This document shows positions 61,904 through 64,000 of a stretch of 64,000 nucleotides of DNA, piece after piece. The notes below the pieces were generated by a model that worked only from the letters and a program-made list of their open reading frames with translations, made no database searches and was not told the DNA's origin. Where the stretch lies: positions 64,001-128,000 of IMG/VR virus record IMGVR_UViG_3300045988_126619; one strand, given 5' to 3'. Positions within the stretch are counted from its first letter, which is position 1. Every line of letters starts with the position of its first letter. The translations under genes and the position numbers were made by a program. Source of the stretch: a virus.

Positions 61904-62176
61904 ATGATAAATAAATATAGAAAGAAACCAATAACAATAGAAGCAATACAATTTACTAGAGATAATATAGATGAAATATATGATTTTAGCAGAGGAAAAG
62001 TATTTAATTTCGTAATTCCAAAAACTTTTGATAGAACAGCTACCTGTTGTATTGAAACATTAGAAGGAATAATGAAAGCACAAGAAGGAGATTATATAAT
62101 AAAAGGGGTAGAAGATGAAATATATTCTTGTGAAAAAAATATTTTTGAAAAAACATATGAAAAGGTATTGACATAA
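61904..62176 (+). CDS. small conserved phage protein (KKP-I-x-A-x-Q .. EG .. GDYII-G .. Y-C type)
   Basis: YRKKPITIEAIQF .. TLEGIMKAQEGDYIIKGVEDEIYSCEKNIFEKTYE. The family is recalled from other phages and its function is unknown. Confidence 0.5.
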   Translation: MINKYRKKPITIEAIQFTRDNIDEIYDFSRGKVFNFVIPKTFDRTATCCIETLEGIMKAQEGDYIIKGVEDEIYSCEKNIFEKTYEKVLT

Positions 62177-62196
62177 AATAAACGATATGATATACT
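62168..62196 (+). promoter_or_regulatory. sigma-A-type promoter overlapping a gene end
   Basis: -35 TTGACA 62168-62173, 17-nt spacer (taaaataaacgatatga), -10 TATACT 62191-62196. Confidence 0.6.
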
Positions 62197-62228
62197 ATAT
62201 GTATAGTAAGGAAAGGAGTTAATAAAAA

Positions 62229-62471
62229 GTGGGTATAATAAAAATGCTTCAAGAACAAGTAGACAAAAAAATGAAAGAAAAAAGAGAAAAACAATTATCA
62301 GAAATTCTTAAATTAGTTGATGAAGCTAAAGAACAAAAATTTACTTATTGTTATTATGCTACAGAATCATTTATAACATTAAAAGAATTAAATAATTTAG
62401 GATTTAAGGTAGCATTAGCAAATAATTCAACTGATGAAATTAGAATATTAAAAATATCATGGGAGGAATAA
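62229..62471 (+). CDS. hypothetical protein
   Basis: GTG start 11 nt after GGAG. ATG 62245 is an alternative. Confidence 0.5.
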   Translation: MGIIKMLQEQVDKKMKEKREKQLSEILKLVDEAKEQKFTYCYYATESFITLKELNNLGFKVALANNSTDEIRILKISWEE

Positions 62472-62472
62472 T

Positions 62473-62664
62473 ATGAGTGTATTATTAAATGTTGTAGGAT
62501 TTTTAGTAGTAGCTTTGATATTACAATTATTTGGTGGTTTATCTAAGCTAAATAACTTCTTAGAAAAACATTTTCAAAAAGTATTATCAGCTAAAAATTA
62601 TTACTTGGCAACAGTTATAATTGCTATAGTAATTCAAGTATTATGTATGTTGAGAAGAATCTAA
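62473..62664 (+). CDS. small two-TM membrane protein
   Basis: SD GGGAGGA upstream. LLNVVGFLVVALILQLFGG and YLATVIIAIVIQVLCML. Confidence 0.55.
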   Translation: MSVLLNVVGFLVVALILQLFGGLSKLNNFLEKHFQKVLSAKNYYLATVIIAIVIQVLCMLRRI

Positions 62665-62694
62665 AAATATTTTAAAAAATATTAAAAAAAATAC

Positions 62695-62723
62695 TTGACA
62701 TAAAATAAATAATATGATATAAT
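62695..62723 (+). promoter_or_regulatory. consensus promoter with box
   Basis: -35 TTGACA 62695-62700, 17-nt spacer, -10 TATAAT 62718-62723. Confidence 0.8.
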
Positions 62724-62765
62724 AAATATGTAATCAAGATTAACCGAAAGAAAGGAAGATGCAAT

Positions 62766-62948
62766 ATGGCAGTAAAAACAGTATCAAAGAAAAGAAATAA
62801 GAAGGAAATGGTTATTGACAACACATTCAAGTTTGAGGAAATTATTTCTCAAGAAGAAAGAGCAGTAATGTATGGAGTAGCAAATGGACAAGAGTTCAAT
62901 GTGAAAGACATTAATGAACAATTAAGAGTTGCAAGAGATTTAAAATAA
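62766..62948 (+). CDS. hypothetical protein
   Basis: SD AAAGGAAG upstream. Confidence 0.5.
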   Translation: MAVKTVSKKRNKKEMVIDNTFKFEEIISQEERAVMYGVANGQEFNVKDINEQLRVARDLK

Positions 62949-63034
62949 TCTCTTGTACACACAAAATAAATGATAGCAAATAATTAATAACAAAAAGATA
63001 AAAATATTTAAAGAGAAAAAGGAGAATTAACATT

Positions 63035-64000
63035 ATGGCAAATAACATTTTTAAGGAAGCAACATTTAACTTTATAGGACACATCAACTTTGGGAAAGAA
63101 CCAGTATCAATCAAAAATGCAAGAAAAGATGGTACAGGTAATCTTTATAGAAAGAAACTTGGAGTAGGAATAAAACATAGCACTTCTTGTCCATTCTTAT
63201 CAATGGAAGTATTACAAGATGGTATGAATCCAGAAAAATTTAAAGTTCTTGGATTAGATAATAAACTTGTTGAAGTTCCATATGGAATAACAACTAATCC
63301 AGATGTAATGGCTAAAATAGCTGACTACACTAAGATAACTATTGACTTAGAAACTGATTTTGAAAAGAAGAAAGAATATGTTTCATTAATTTACAAAGTT
63401 AGAAGTCATGAGTTTAAATTAGGTGAATTAGAAAAGAAGAAAGAAAGCGAAGGTCTTACTACAGAAGAAGAAACAGCAATTGAAGAACATAAAGCTAAGA
63501 TTGAAGAATATAACGCTGAAATAGCTGAAAAAGCTACTAATAGACACACATTTATTATGAAAGATGCTATTGATTTTATTAATGCTAATCTTCCAGAAAT
63601 GAAGAAACATAAAGTTAGAGTTACTGGTAATGCAGTTAGTAACTATTACAATGATGTTAATAAACTACAATATGTTCCAAAGACTATTGAGTATGTTCCA
63701 GACGATACACCAACTTGCTTAAAAGTTGAAGCAACAGTATTCTTTGAAAAGAAAGCCATGATTGATGATGAAAAGAATAAAAAAGTTATGGTTAACGGTT
63801 ATCTTCCAGAAACAAGAAAGAAAGTAACTAAACTTTATCCAACAATGTTTGTTATAGATTACAATAAGTTAGACTTATCACAAGAATCTCACCAAACTGC
63901 TTTAGACTTCATGAAATCAACATTTGAAGGTAAAGATAAGAAATCAGTTTACAGAGTATTAGTTGATATTGATGTTATAGATGGAGCAGAAGTTAAAGAG
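63035..64000 (+). CDS. 5' part of a gene running out of the window (not in the track)
   Basis: SD AAAGGAGAA 8 nt before ATG 63035. The frame is open for all 322 codons to the window edge. MANNIFKEATFNFIGHINFGKEP... Confidence 0.6.
   Translation, partial: MANNIFKEATFNFIGHINFGKEPVSIKNARKDGTGNLYRKKLGVGIKHSTSCPFLSMEVLQDGMNPEKFKVLGLDNKLVEVPYGITTNPDVMAKIADYTKITIDLETDFEKKKEYVSLIYKVRSHEFKLGELEKKKESEGLTTEEETAIEEHKAKIEEYNAEIAEKATNRHTFIMKDAIDFINANLPEMKKHKVRVTGNAVSNYYNDVNKLQYVPKTIEYVPDDTPTCLKVEATVFFEKKAMIDDEKNKKVMVNGYLPETRKKVTKLYPTMFVIDYNKLDLSQESHQTALDFMKSTFEGKDKKSVYRVLVDIDVIDGAEVKE

Noticed and set aside
856-63610. All - strand ORFs in the supplied track that overlap + strand genes (e.g. 54724..55332, 29086..29547, 61129..61491, 56560..57036, 15527..15898).
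   Set aside because: They are antisense shadows of well-supported + strand genes. Their translations are low-complexity and rich in Ser/Phe/Ile/Leu. They have no SD and no promoter. Only the two small ORFs at 11412..11768, which have their own promoter, SDs and terminator, were kept.

Overview
This is an AT-rich window (roughly 27-30% G+C by eye) with about 110 short-to-medium genes. Almost all lie on the + strand and have Firmicute-style Shine-Dalgarno (SD) sites. More than 30 near-consensus TTGACA-17-TATAAT promoters are present. It reads as the early/accessory, non-structural arm of a large phage or prophage (SPbeta-like organisation, judged from memory) or a similar mobile element of a low-GC Gram-positive host. 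I saw no capsid, tail, terminase or lysis genes, no rRNA or tRNA, and no CRISPR array. Recognisable proteins: FolD; GIY-YIG and degenerate HNH homing-endonuclease-like genes; two SF2 helicases; a tyrosine recombinase followed by a DGQHR/ParB-like protein and an integrase-fold protein; a Phd-like/ADP-ribosyltransferase-like pair; a HicA-domain fusion; GNATs; a retropepsin-like protease; a CCA-adding enzyme; a guanylate-kinase-like protein; a PPP phosphatase; RNase HI; and a kinase-phosphatase-ligase (Pnkp-like) RNA-repair enzyme. Two gene modules stand out: PspA-like + three TerD-fold proteins + a P2-type ATPase, and an NAD+ module (PncA, Prs-like, NAMPT-like, NadE). Non-coding highlights: a textbook type I hammerhead ribozyme at 12337-12407; a ~2.1-kb ORF-free, repeat-dense region (9256-11383) next to a mirror-symmetric divergent promoter pair; a promoter- and terminator-bounded ~420-nt ORF-free structured segment (42197-42620); and an AAAATAAATGATA box present about 45 times, always co-oriented with genes. 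All functional calls come from motif recognition by eye and none was checked by a search.
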